Notes: generated by a model from the sequence alone, not told the origin. Numbered from the stretch's first letter, positions 41,099 through 55,423 are shown. The stretch is 64,000 nt of DNA from Eledone cirrhosa (GCA_964016885.1 OZ024750.1:28644001-28708000); one strand, 5' to 3'. Translations and numbers: made by a program.

Positions 41099-41226
41099 CC
41101 CACTGAAGAATTATAAGAGCCCACTTGAATATGTATCTGTTGATCTTATACAAGCTTCTGCATAAATTGGTATAATTTCACCCAAATTTGTAGGAATCTT
41201 ATAATGAAACGAGACGTCCGTCTAGG
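41099..41226 (+). ncRNA. Hammerhead with very long stem II, one mismatch in stem I
   Basis: CCCA-CTGAAGA-ATTATAAGA...(about 78 nt)...TCTTATAAT-GAA-ACG(agacgtc)CGT-C-TAGG. Confidence 0.6.
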
Positions 41227-41470
41227 AAGAGATATATTCGATATGTCTCATATGAAATAATACAGCCAATTTTCCACACAATACAATTAGTTAGCACCCC
41301 GAACGTTTAATTAGGAATATACTCACTTATTTCCTAATGTTTGTTGAGTGAGTTGGGATTTGGCCGGAGTATCGCTAAAAAGCTTCCTCCGATAATGTAT
41401 TTATTTATTTATATATAAGTATGTATGTATAGAATGAGAAATCAGTGTTGCATCAAATCACAATTTATTA

Positions 41471-41562
41471 ACATATTACATATGTTTCTATGTCGATCAG
41501 CTCGAGGCAAGATCTGTTACAAATCGAACCCGACTCTGCATTCAAAGGGTCTTCAGATATGT
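41471..41562 (-). ncRNA. Decayed hammerhead
   Basis: Minus strand ACATAT-CTGAAGA...GAA-ACATATGT-A-ATATGT. The base of stem II does not pair. Confidence 0.45.
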
Positions 41563-41771
41563 ATATATATATATATATATATATAATGTGCGTGTTTATG
41601 TTCGTTTATGTCTTGTAAACTAGAGGTTCAACAAAAAGCGATCGATAAAATAAATACAAGACTTTCAAAATATGCACTGAACTAAATATAATTGACTGGG
41701 TCCTTTCAATGTGGTGCCTCGGCTTGGCCGCTGTCTAATAAATGAGTCAAGTAAAAGCGTAAAAGAGAAAG

Positions 41772-41802
<31 letters not shown>

Positions 41803-41872
41803 CATACATACATACATACAACTATATATGTGTAGGAATTTAGACATGTCAGTGAACCGGTCTAATCTGGTG

Positions 41873-41934
<62 letters not shown>

Positions 41935-42052
41935 GTGTGTGTATGTATGTGTGTGCAAATGTTCGCATGGTTTTTATGTATATAAAAATGACAATTATCT
42001 TGAACGTTACAGAAAGATCTATTTATATATTTACACACACACACACGCACAC

Positions 42053-42106
<54 letters not shown>

Positions 42107-42769
42107 GTGTGCGTGTGTGTGTACCTAATCTTTCGACCTATCTTTGTAGCTGAGTTCTCCGAGCCATGGCATCTACATTATATATTGTTATAGTAAGTTC
42201 TCTTTCTTCATCGACGGTTAATATTGATTGTTATAATTCATTGTATTTTTTTCTTATTGTTATTTCTGTTATCCAAAAACGTGTATGACTAAACATTAAA
42301 GTCGTTCAGAGTACCTAATACCCTGTATGTTATGACTTGTTTACAGTTAGTGCAAATTTTGTATATTATATTTGGAATGTTAAGGTGACTGCTTTATTTG
42401 GTAAAATAAACTTATGAATGCCGGATACAGTGTGTTCAGGTACAACTGAATAATAGAACACAAAAGCTGGTGATCATACAAGCGAGAAATACTAGAATAA
42501 AGGGTTTTCTCATTGGCACAAGGCCACACACATCAGGGTGTGGTGTAAGTTAATTGAATCGACCTTACGAAAGCCAACTTCGTCCTCGGTTTTAATGTAT
42601 CTCCAAGTGTATGGAAAGTAACTAAAAACCACAAATTACTTCACCTGGAGCTCTACCTATTTGGCCAGATACAGCTCCCTAATAAGGTTTAACCGTTTAG
42701 TTATCAACCCGGCCCAAACCAGCTCCGGTTCTATGAAATAAAACCACTAATTTTTAATGTTTCCATTTG

Positions 42770-43581
42770 AAGTTATAATCTTCCAACATAATTTTATATT
42801 AGAACCTTACATTAGGTTTCTATCTATAATATAATTGTTTCTACTTTAGGCACAAGGCCAGCAATTACCCCAGTGCATTACTGGTACTTTATTTTATCGA
42901 GCCCGTAAGGATGAAAGGCAAAGTCAACCTCGACGGGATTTGAACTCAGATCGTAAAGGGACGTAACTATGCTGGAAAGCATGGCGTCCGACCCTCTACC
43001 GATACTGCCAATCCACCACTATCTATAATATAATAAAGGGAGGAGTACGGGACGGCGTCCGTTTTATAATTTTTTATCCCGTTAGTAAAATAAGTTTGAT
43101 TACTTTGAATAAATAATGAATGAATATTATGTAATTTATGTACTAAATTTCGTAGCTCTTGATTAAACATAAATATTCTTATATATAAAGTATTGCTTAT
43201 TTTAAGATTCACATCTTGAAAATGTTCAAATGTCAACACTTCCGGTTAGCGGCTGTTATATTATAATACTTATTACATCACTTATATACATCACTTATAT
43301 AAATGTTCATATATTTGCATCATTATATAAGGGCGGTGAATTGGCAGTATCGGTAGAGGGTCGGACGCCATCCTTTCCAGCATAGTTACGTCCCTTTACG
43401 ATCTGAGTTCAAATCCTGCCGAGGTTGACTTTGCCTTTCATCCTTACGGGCTCGATAAAATAAAGTACCAGTAATGCACTGGGTAATTGCTGGCCTTGTG
43501 CCTAAAGTAGAAACAATTATATTATAGATAGAAACCTAATGTAAGGTTCTAATATAAAATTATGTTGGAAGATTATAACTT
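42770..43581. repeat. Inverted duplication: SINE plus about 65 bp of flank (42770-43018 / 43331-43581)
   Basis: AAGTTATAATCTTCCAACATAATTTTATATTAGAACC... is exactly mirrored at 43520-43581. Confidence 0.88.
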
Positions 43582-46500
43582 GAGTACAGCAGATTTCTTC
43601 CAGAGATTAATGCACTAGTTTGTACCACCACAGTCACTACTATCACCTGAGTACAGCAGATTTCTTCCAGAAATTAATGCACTAGTTTGTACCACCACAG
43701 ACACTACTATCACCTGAGTACAGCAGATTTCTTCCAGAGATTAATGCACTAGTTTGTACCACCACAGTCACTACTATCACCTGAGTACAGCAGATTTCTT
43801 CCAGAGATTAATGCACTAGTTGGTACCACCACAGTCACTACTATCACCTGAGTACAGCAGATTTCTTCCAGAAATTAATGCACTAGTTTGTACCACCACA
43901 GTCACTACTATCACCTGAGTACAGAGATTTCGATTTCCAGAGATATGATATTGTACACTTGTACCTACCTAACACTGACGTATCACCCTGAGACTTGCAG
44001 ATTACCAGAAATTTAATGCACTAGTTTGTACCACCACAGTCACTACTATCACCTGAGTACAGCAGATTTCTTCCAGAGATTAATGCACTAGTTTGTACCA
44101 CCACAGTCACTACTATCACCTGAGTACAGCAGATTTCTTCCAGAGATTAATGCACTAGTTTGTACCACCACAGTCACTACTATTACCTGAGTACAGCAGA
44201 TTTCTTCCAGAAATTAATGAACTAGTTTGTACCACCACAGTCACTACTATCACCTGAGTACAGCAGATTTCTTCCAGAGATTAATGCACTAGTTTGTACC
44301 ACCACAGTCACTACTATTACCTGAGTACAGCAGATTTCTTCCAGAGATTAATGCACTAGTTTGTACCACCACAGTCACTACTATCACCTGAGTACAGCAG
44401 ATTTCTTCCAGACATTAATGCACTAGTTTGTACCACCACAGTCACTACTATCACCTGAGTACAGCAGATTTCTTCCAGAGATTAATGCACTAGTTTGTAC
44501 CACCACAGTCACTACTATTACCTGAGTACAGCAGATTTCTTCCAGACATTAATGCACTAGTTTGTACCACCACAGTCACTACTATCACCTGAGTACAGCA
44601 GATTTCTTCCAGAGATTAATGCACTAGTTTGTACCACCACAGTCACTACTATCACCTGAGTACAGCAGATTTCTTCCAGACATTAATGCACTAGTTTGTA
44701 CCACCACAGTCACTACTATCACCTGAGTACAGCAGATTTCTTCCAGAGATTAATGCACTAGTTTGTACCACCACAGTCACTACTATCACCTGAGTACAGC
44801 AGATTTCTTCCAGACATTAATGCACTAGTTTGTACCACCACAGTCACTACTATCACCTGAGTACAGCAGATTTCTTCCAGAGATTAATGCACTAGTTTGT
44901 ACCACCACAGTCACTACTATCACCTGAGTACAGCAGATTTCTTCCAGAGATTAATGCACTAGTTTGTACCACCACAGTCACTACTATCACCTGAGTACAG
45001 CAGATTTCTTCCAGAGATTAATGCACTAGTTTGTACCACCACAGTCACTACTATCACCTGAGTACAGCAGATTTCTTCCAGAAATTAATGCACTAGTTTG
45101 TACCACCACAGTCACTACTATCACCTGAGTACAGCAGATTTCTTCCAGAGATTAATGCACTAGTTTGTACCACCACAGTCACTACTATTACCTGAGTACA
45201 GCAGATTTCTTCCAGAGATTAATGCACTAGTTTGTACCACCACAGTCACTACTATCACCTGAGTACAACAGATTTCTTCCAGACATTAATGCAATAGTTT
45301 GTACCACCACAGTCACTACTATCACCTGAGTACAGCAGATTTCTTCCAGAGATTAATGCACTAGTTTGTACCACCACAGTCACTACTATCACCTGAGTAC
45401 AGCAGATTTCTTCCAGAAATTAATGCACTAGTTTGTACCACCACAGTCACTACTATCACCTGAGTACAGCAGATTTCTTCCAGAGATTAATGCACTAGTT
45501 TGTACCACCACAGTCACTACTATCACCCGAGTACAGCAGATTTCTTCCAGACATTAATGCACTAGTTTGTACCACCACAGTCACTACTATCACCTGAGTA
45601 CAGCAGATTTCTTCCAGAAATTAATGCACTAGTTTGTACCACCACAGTCACTACTATCACCCGAGTACAGCAGATTTCTTCCAGACATTAATGCACTAGT
45701 TTGTACCACCACAGTCACTACTATCACCCGAGTACAGCAGATTTCTTCCAGAGATTAATGCACTAGTTTGTACCACCACAGTCACTACTATCACCTGAGT
45801 ACAGCAGATTTCTTCCAGACATTAATGCACTAGTTTGTACCACCACAGTCACTACTATCACCTGAGTACAGCAGATTTCTTCCAGAGATTAATGCACTAG
45901 TTTGTACCACCACAGTCACTACTATCACCTGAGTACAGCAGATTTCTTCCAGACATTAATGCACTAGTTTGTACCACCACAGTCACTACTATCACCTGAG
46001 TACAGCAGATTTCTTCCAGAGATTAATGCACTAGTTTGTACCACCACAGTCACTACTATCACCTGAGTACAGCAGATTTCTTCCAGAGATTAATGCACTA
46101 GTTTGTACCACCACAGTCACTACTATCACCTGAGTACAGCAGATTTCTTCCAGAGATTAATGCACTAGTTTGTACCACCACAGTCACTACTATCACCTGA
46201 GTACAGCAGATTTCTTCCAGAAATTAATGCACTAGTTTGTACCACCACAGTCACTACTATCACCTGAGTACAGCAGATTTCTTCCAGAGATTAATGCACT
46301 AGTTTGTACCACCACAGTCACTACTATTACCTGAGTACAGCAGATTTCTTCCAGAGATTAATGCACTAGTTTGTACCACCACAGTCACTACTATCACCTG
46401 AGTACAACAGATTTCTTCCAGACATTAATGCAATAGTTTGTACCACCACAGTCACTACTATCACCTGAGTACAGCAGATTTCTTCCAGAGATTAATGCAC

Positions 46501-47362
46501 TAGTTTGTACCACCACAGTCACTACTATCACCTGAGTACAGCAGATTTCTTCCAGAAATTAATGCACTAGTTTGTACCACCACAGTCACTACTATCACCT
46601 GAGTACAGCAGATTTCTTCCAGAGATTAATGCACTAGTTTGTACCACCACAGTCACTACTATCACCCGAGTACAGCAGATTTCTTCCAGACATTAATGCA
46701 CTAGTTTGTACCACCACAGTCACTACTATCACCTGAGTACAGCAGATTTCTTCCAGAAATTAATGCACTAGTTTGTACCACCACAGTCACTACTATCACC
46801 CGAGTACAGCAGATTTCTTCCAGACATTAATGCACTAGTTTGTACCACCACAGTCACTACTATCACCCGAGTACAGCAGATTTCTTCCAGACATTAATGC
46901 AATAGTTTGTACCACCACAGTCACTACTATCACCCGAGTACAGCAGATTTCTTCCAGACATTAATGCAATAGTTTGTACCACCACAGTCACTACTATCAC
47001 CCGAGTACAGCAGATTTCTTCCAGACATTAATGCAATAGTTTGTACCACCACAGTCACTACTATCACCTGAGTACAACAGATTTCTTCCAGACATTAATG
47101 CAATAGTTTGTACCACCACAGTCACTACTATCACCCGAGTACAGCAGATTTCTTCCAGACATTAATGCACTAGTTTGTACCACCACAGTCACTACTATCA
47201 CCCGAGTACAGCAGATTTCTTCCAGACATTAATGCACTAGTTTGTACCACCACAGTCACTACTGTCACCTGAGTACAGCAGATCTCTTCCAGACATTAAT
47301 GCAGTAGTTTGTACCACCACAGTCACTACTATCACCTGAGTACAGCAGATTTCTTCCAGAGA
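43581..47362. repeat. 67-bp satellite, about 56 copies, with a 17-mer (1139-bp) higher-order repeat
   Basis: Unit CTGAGTACAGCAGATTTCTTCCAGAGATTAATGCACTAGTTTGTACCACCACAGTCACTACTATCAC. The variant GAGTACAACA...GCAATAG occurs at 45261 and 46400. Confidence 0.95.
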
Positions 47363-47535
47363 AGGATAGAAAGAGTGAGAGAAAGGAAGTGAGAAAGAGA
47401 TATAGAGGAAGAATCGACCCCAGTACTTGACTGGTACTTTTTTTTTTATCAACCTCGGATGGGTGAAAGGCAAAATTAAACTTGGCAGGATTTGAACTCA
47501 GAAGCAGAGAACTGGAACTTATACCTTAAAGCACA

Positions 47536-47576
<41 letters not shown>

Positions 47577-47639
47577 ACTCTCTCTCTCTCTCTCTCTCAC
47601 TCTCTTTCTCTCTCTCTCTCTCTCTTTTCTCCCTCTCTT

Positions 47640-47686
<47 letters not shown>

Positions 47687-47885
47687 TCTCTCTCTCTTTC
47701 GTATTTTCTCTCTCTCTCTCTCTCCTCTCCTTTCTCTCTCTCTTTCTCTCTCTCCTCTCGTTCTCTCTCTCTTTCTCTCATTCTCTCTCTTTCTCACTTT
47801 CTTCTTTCTTCTTTCTTTCTTCTCTTCTTTCTTTCTCCTCTTTCTCTCTCTCTTTCTTTCTTCTCTTTCTCTCTCTCTCTTTCTT

Positions 47886-47916
<31 letters not shown>

Positions 47917-48163
47917 TTCTTTCTCTCTTTCTATCTCTCTCTCTCTTTCTCTCTCTCTTTTTTTTTCTCTCTCTTTCTCTCTCTCTTTCTTTTTCTCTCT
48001 CTCTTTTTCTCTCTCTTTCTTCTCTTCATCTCTTCTCTCTCTCGTCTTCTCTCTCTCTCTTTCTTTCTCTCGCTCTTTCTCTCTCTCTTTCTTCCTCTCT
48101 CTCTTTCTCATTCTTTCTCTCTCTCTCTCTCTCTCTTTCTTTCTCTCTCTCTCTCTCTTTCTA

Positions 48164-48232
<69 letters not shown>

Positions 48233-48261
48233 TTCTCCCTCTCTCTTTTTCTCCCTCTCTG

Positions 48262-48336
<75 letters not shown>

Positions 48337-48428
48337 CCTCTCTTTCTCTCTTCTCTCTCTCTCTCTCTCTTTCTCTTTCTCTTTCTCTCTCTCTTTCTCT
48401 CTCTCCTTTCTCTCCTCTCTCTCTCTCA
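47536..48428. repeat. (CT)n/(CTTT) microsatellite
   Basis: Directly visible. Confidence 0.95.
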
Positions 48429-48485
48429 CATTAATTTTATTAAAGCTAAATAGTTCTCCTTTCTCTCAGCCGTCAACCACATGCG

Positions 48486-48516
<31 letters not shown>

Positions 48517-49139
48517 AGATGTGTGTGTGTGTGTAGATGTGTGTGTGTGTGTAGATGTGTGTGTGTATATATAGATAGATATATATGTGTGTGTATATAT
48601 ATATAGATATATATACACACTCATACACACACACACACCTGTCACTTTAGTACTGGGAATTTTTATAAAGCTCACCATTCTTTGAAATGAAAATATAAAA
48701 TGACAGAATAGAAAGGAAATATGCTGATTCTTGTATATCGATATATGTTCATACAATTTTGCGGAATAATAGATTTCTATTCACTTCGGTTTGTTTAAAG
48801 AAGTTTATCTCTGTATAGTTGCCTGTTTACACAAAACTAGCTTTTTAGCTTTTTTAGTTAATAGTAGAACTCCTTCGGAAACACACTCAGGCTTACAAGT
48901 ACGTATGATGTATTGGGCGTTTAACTTTATCATACAACCTAAGCTGATGTTTGTGTCACCTTACAATTGCTAAAACCCAGAATACAGACCATAAACATTT
49001 ATTTAAATTAGACGGGCCAGCAAGGGCGTCTCTCCGTGAAAGTTGAGCAAGAAATATAAAAATACATCTGCTAGAAATAGCAGCCAAATCTTTCTGAAAT
49101 CCTACCCTGGCAACTTAAAAGAGGAAGGACCCATTTTAT

Positions 49140-49661
49140 ATGGGCCGTAGTTATATGCTCAAAGCATGTTGTCCGACACACAACCGATACTGCAAAACCA
49201 CCACCCTAATAATAACAGTTTCTGATTTAGACACAAGTCCAACAATTTGGGGCGAGGGAGAAAGAAAAGTCGATTAAATCGACCCTAGTGCGTTACTGGT
49301 ATTTTATTTTACCGATCGCGTAAAGATAAAAGGCAAAACTAACATCGGCTGGATTTGAATTCAGAACGTTAAGGATCGTACTGAAAGTAGGAACGATTCT
49401 GCCAATTCACCACCCTCACCGCCATAATAATGGTTTCGTTATATAGGCACAAGGCCAGCAATTTTTTTTTTTGGGGGGGGGGGGCAGTCGATTAAATCGA
49501 CACCAGTATGTTACTGTGCTTTATTTTATCGACCCGTAAGGGTGAAAGGCAAAGTTAACCTCGCGGGATTTGAAATCAGAATGTAAAGGGCGTAACTCTA
49601 TGCTGCAAAGCGTGGCGTCCGACTCTTCCGATACTGCCAATCCACCACCCTCACCGCCTTG

Positions 49662-49705
<44 letters not shown>

Positions 49706-51245
49706 TGCTTCTACTTTAGGCTCAAGGTCAACAATTTGCGGAGAAAGAGAAAGTCGATTAAATCAATCTCAGTGAATTACTGGTACTTTATTTTATCGAC
49801 TCTGTAAGAATGAAAGGCAAAGCTAACATCGACAGGATTTGAACTCGGAACGTAAAGAGCAGTAATTATATACCGTGAAGCATGTTGTCCGACGCTCAAG
49901 CAATACTAGCCTATAATGGTTTCTTATTTAGGTATAAAGCTAACTATTATATACCGTGAAGCATGTTGTCCGACGCTCAAGCAATACTAGCCTATAATGG
50001 TTTCTTATTTAGGTATAAAGCTAACTATTATATACCGTGAAGCATGTTGTCCGACGCTCAAGCAATACTAGCCTATAATGGTTTCTTATTTACGTATAAA
50101 GCTAACAATTATATCAACCCCAGTACGTTACTGGTACTTTGTTTTCTCGACCTCATAAGGATGAACGGCAAACCTAACCTCGACAGGATTTGAAGTGATA
50201 TCTATATAGCCTGAAGCATGTTGTCCGACGCTCTACCGATTCTAGCCTCCTATAATGGCACAAAGCCAACAATTTTTGGGGAAAGGAAAAGTCGATTAAA
50301 TCTCAACCTCAGTGCATTACTGGTACAAGTTCACAATCTTTTATCCGAAATTCCGAAAACCGAACATTTTTCCAGGATGTCGTCTGCACATCAAAGCTTG
50401 CGTTTGGCGCAAGACTTGACCCGAAACGACCCTCAGTCAGCCCAGGTCACGCCGTTGTGTCTCAGTGTTCCTACCAGTCAGAAGCACGTCACCCCTGCTG
50501 CTAACGGAAATTTTGTTTATTTTTTGCTGATTTATTTTGCTTTGGGGATTCCCTGAGCTAGGCCACCTAAGTCCATGTAGCCCCGCTAGGGTGACAAGAG
50601 AACGCTACTTCCTTCACCGTATAACTGCCAGTATCGAGGCGCAACATTGCGGCCACGAGCCGAGCACTCTACCACTCTACAACTGAGCCATCATGGCCCC
50701 TGTAATGTTTTATCTAAAAAAAAAACTTTATAATCTACGCTAAAAATCTTCCATGCCGAAATCCGCAAAGTGTCTGGTCCCAAGGTTTTCGAATAAGAGA
50801 TTGTCAACCTGTACTCTATTTTATCGACCCCCGACAGGATTTGAACTCATAACTACATACCCGAGATGGAATGGCTCTTCCAGCGCATCTCCGGGGAAAC
50901 GCCTTCTCCATTCTGTCCGCCGGGGCTGTGGGACCCCATTTGCTCACTATCAGAGAGATGGAGAGGGCGAGAGAGATGGAGGCGATGACGGTGGGAGTTT
51001 GGCTCTTCCGTGTTCGGCCACATGGCACCTGTCAAGAGTGTATTTTCATACTTGTGACGAACTATATACCTTGCAGCATGTTGTCCGACGCACTACTGAA
51101 AGTAACCTCCTATATATAGGCACAAGGCCAACAATTTTGGGGGCGGGGAAATTCGATTAAATCGACCCAGTGCATTACTGGTACTTTATTTTATCGACCC
51201 CGCAAGGATGAAAAGCAAAGTTAACCTCGGCAGGATTTGAACTCA
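49140..51245 (-). mobile_element. Run of about 7 co-oriented SINE copies or fragments, including an 81-bp triplication (49865-50110)
   Basis: Repeated TTTTATCGACC...AAAGGCAAAG...GGATTTGAACTC. TACCGTGAAG occurs at 49871, 49952 and 50033. Confidence 0.8.
50326..50811. mobile_element. pogo/Tigger (MER46/Tigger4-like) MITE inserted at TA inside a SINE
   Basis: TIRs CAAGTTCACAATCTTTTATCCGAAA / TTTCGAATAAGAGATTGTCAACCTG and TA TSDs. The SINE motif GCATTACTGG-TA-CT..ATTTTATCGACCCC is rejoined on removal. Confidence 0.8.
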
Positions 51246-51430
51246 GTAATAGAAATCATATTAGCAACAACAGTTACCATCAAAGAAATATTTGCTTCAC
51301 CAACTCCAGCAGTTCTGTTGTTAGAAAAACAAATGTTTAACCCTTTCATGACTGCATTTCTAATAAAATACATTCTATTTTAATTAATTAATGAACTCAT
51401 AACTATATAACCTAAAGCATGTTGTCCGGC

Positions 51431-51465
<35 letters not shown>

Positions 51466-51645
51466 TTTATACTTATATATAAACTATATATAATTATAAA
51501 CAGGAAAGGTCAGTATTTTTTGTATTTTTTACCACCTTATTACCAGTATGAAAAATAGCTCAATGTCAATACATCATATGTATTACAGAGCAGGAATACA
51601 AAGTACAGAACAATCAAATCTATTTATGTGTTTAAACTTTGTCAA

Positions 51646-51692
51646 TGCACCGATGATTCCAAACAACTGTTTGGAAGAAACGATTGTCAGCA
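51646..51692 (+). ncRNA. Decayed hammerhead (U4>C) within a fold-back (51600-51732)
   Basis: TGCA-CCGATGA-TTCCAAAC(aact)GTTTGGAA-GAA-ACGATTGT-C-AGCA. Confidence 0.55.
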
Positions 51693-51727
51693 ATAAAATG
51701 TATTAAACATATATTTGATTGTTCTGT

Positions 51728-51780
<53 letters not shown>

Positions 51781-52265
51781 ATAAACCTGAAGCATGTTGT
51801 CTGACGTTCTACTGATTCTAGTCTTCTATAATAAAACGATTTTAGTGAATCCCAATTCAGCATCAGTTAGGTTGTCTGGGGGACACCTTAATACATTGAA
51901 TTCAGGCACAACCAACAACTGTTGATAATATAACTTTACGACATTAATATTTAAATAGCAAACAATGACAAGAATAGAATCCAACTAACAGACACTAGAG
52001 CAGGACATTAACAATTGGGTGGTGGTTGAAGAGAAGGACGAGGTGTTGTGGTGGTGGTGGTGGAGGAGAACGACGGGTGGGGTGGATGAGGTGGTGATGG
52101 TGGAGGAGGTAGTGATGGGGTGGTGGAGGAGAAGGACGAGGTGGTGGTGGAGGCTATAGAAGGTGTCAAGATGATAATACATCAAAAAGTCAGCAATAGA
52201 AAACTTACGTATCGTATGTTCGTATGGTGTTAGTCAGACATTTTAGTTGTGCTTGTATTTTCTAA

Positions 52266-52326
<61 letters not shown>

Positions 52327-52469
52327 ACGAACATACGTAACTATGCGCGTGCACACACACATATATATATATAATTATGTGTGAGCACACACGCAACAAA
52401 CGAATCCACACCACAACACAATCAACTACCAACACCACCATTTGTCTCGCTATATATGTATATATATAT

Positions 52470-52532
<63 letters not shown>

Positions 52533-52581
52533 CACACACACATACACATATATACACATATATATACACACACATATATAT

Positions 52582-52622
<41 letters not shown>

Positions 52623-52834
52623 AGTCACATATTCACACACACGCGCGCACACACACATACACACATACATACATACATACATCAATTTTTAGTTTGTATT
52701 TGTGTGTGTTATATTTAAGTTGTTTTGTTTCACCGCAGCCGCCATAAAACTCGGAAACAACATTAAGAATAAGACACGTGTCAGCATCTCAGCATGACGA
52801 GTTGCCTCGGGCTTTATAGAGCTAACTTATTGTT

Positions 52835-52894
<60 letters not shown>

Positions 52895-53355
52895 CTCTAC
52901 CCTAAAACCTTGTTTCCACCACCCTTTTTACCGAACATTAGCCCTCGCTTCTCTTTCTCTCTATCTGTTCTCTGTCTCCTTCTCTGTTCTCTCCACTCCC
53001 TCTCCCTTCCCACTCTCTCTCTCTTCCTCCTTCTCTCTCTCTTTCTGTGTCTATCTCTCTCTCTCCTATCCTCTGCCCTAAAACCTTGTTTCCGCCACTC
53101 TTTTTACAGAACACTAGCTTTCTCTCCCTCTCTCTCTCCCTCTCTCTCTCTCTCTCTACCCAGCCGCGGCGTCCCTACATCCATAACCTCTTCCCCTACT
53201 CGTTCACCTGTCATCATCACAAAACTTTTCAACAGACGTCATTTATTTTCGGTTGCTTAGAAAAAGGAAAAGGAGGCCTGTTGCTCATGCAGTCCTCCCT
53301 TCATCCATCCTGTTAGTTAAATCAGGTTTTTCAAAAAAAATAAAAAAAATAAAAA

Positions 53356-53432
<77 letters not shown>

Positions 53433-53738
53433 TAAATAAATAATATAAAGATAAAAATAAAAAAAATGAAAATAAAACGGTTTGGGTCTGTTTACCTGTG
53501 AGCCCTATTTTTGTGTGTATTTTTTTTAAAAAAAGCGGTTAGTATATGGCGCCCTTAAAAAGACAAAGCAAATTCTGATTTTAGGTGTTTTATCCATGGA
53601 CCCATTCGTGTGTATAATACGGATATCCTTTGTTTCCAGCTATAAGATGTAACCCTATTTTGAGGAATTAAATTTAGGGAGGATAAAAAAAAAATATGGT
53701 GTTATAATTATACAAGGTTTAAATATTGTCTAAATAAT

Positions 53739-54675
53739 AATTGTGTCTACTTTTGGCACAAGGCCAGCAAGTAACCCAGTGCATTACTGGTACTTTATTT
53801 TATCGACCCCGTAAGGATGAAAGGCAAAGTTAACCTCGATGGGATTTGAACTCAGACCGCAAAGGGGCGTAACTCTATGCTACAAAGCATGGCGTCCGAC
53901 ACCTCTGATTTCTAGTATAGGCACAAGGCCAGTAGTTCGGGGGGAGGGAAAAGTCGATTAAATCGACTCCAGTACGTTACTGGTACTTTATTTTATTGAC
54001 CCCGTAAGGATGAAAAGCAAAGTTAACCTCAGCAGGATTTTAACTCAGACCGTAAAGGGCCGTAACTCTATGCTGCAAAGCATGGTGTCCGACGCTCTAC
54101 CGATACTACCAATCCCCCACCCTATACCAATCCAATAGCTCCTAACATTGGCACAAGGTCAGCAATTTGTGGAGAGAAGAAAGTCGAATATATCGACCCT
54201 AATACTTTACTGGTACCATAGTACAGCGGCTCCTGAGAGGTCAATAATAATAATTATTATTATTACAGAATGGCGGTGGATTGGCAGTATCGGTAGAAGG
54301 TCGGACGCCATGCTTTGACGCATAGAGTTACGGCCCTTGCCATTCTGAGTTCAAATCCCGCCGAGATTAACTTTGCCTTTCATCCTTACGGGGTCGATAA
54401 AATAAAGTACCAGTAATGCACTGGTTAATTGCTGGCCTTGTGACAAAAAGTAGAAACAATTATTATTACAGAATCGGTAGAGCGTCAGACAATATGCTTT
54501 GCAGGATTTAGTTACGTCCCTTTACGTTCTGAGTTCAAATCCCTCTGAGGTTAGCTTTGCCTTTCATCCTTACAGCGTCGATAAAATAAAGCACCAGTAA
54601 CATACTGGGGTCGATTTAATCGACTTTCCCCTCCACTCCCCTAAAACTGTTCGCCTTGTGCCTAAGTCAAAAATC
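53739..54675. mobile_element. SINE cluster: two minus copies (53739-54122) and two plus copies (54272-54675)
   Basis: Family consensus matches. Confidence 0.85.
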
Positions 54676-54686
54676 AAATATATATA

Positions 54687-54720
<34 letters not shown>

Positions 54721-54784
54721 TTTTATCACAGAAATAACTACTACAAGACTAGAATTGTTTCCTTCATAAAAATCACCAGGAAAG

Positions 54785-54828
54785 TCCTGATGATTTCTTA
54801 CGAATGAAACAGTTCTAGTCTTGTAGAA
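54785..54828 (+). ncRNA. Hammerhead of the 30093 family within a degraded fold-back (about 54718-54846)
   Basis: TC-CTGATGA-tTTC(ttac)GAAt-GAA-ACAG(ttctagtc)TTGT-A-GA. Stem I is truncated at the inversion point. Confidence 0.6.
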
Positions 54829-55211
54829 ATCGTTTCTATGATGAATTGCATACACCTGTACTCTAATAACGTATTAAGAACCTTTTTTATTTTTTCCTCA
54901 ATTTACATTAGGACCTCCCCCCCTCCACACACACACACACATATACATACATAATTGCATATACACTTGTACAGATAGAAAGCATATGCACATGCACACA
55001 TACAACTCAAAACATCCACATCCACACATACAATAACATCCATACCTGCACACACATGCATGCAGACATACATATCTACCTAGTTGATGTTGTGAAAATT
55101 CCAATGAGAGAGTCTTGTGTCTATGTTAGAAACCGGCTCTCTCTCTATTGGTAAAAAATTGTTAAATTATAAAACCAGAAATCACACACACACATGTACA
55201 CACACACATAC

Positions 55212-55298
<87 letters not shown>

Positions 55299-55423
55299 AA
55301 AGTTCTATTTAAAGTTGTTGGGATACAAGTAAATATTTTTATAACTGATATAAAGCACTCGACAAATTTTTGGAGTAGATATACGATATTAATAAATGGA
55401 AACTATATTTATAAAACCATATT

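Noticed and set aside
43921-44012. One highly divergent unit within the homogeneous 67-bp satellite
   Set aside because: The indel-rich pattern looks like unpolished long-read error rather than biology.
43581-47362. CRISPR-like appearance of the 32-, 36-, 48- and 67-bp arrays
   Set aside because: The units are contiguous with no unique spacers, there are no cas genes, and the context is eukaryotic.
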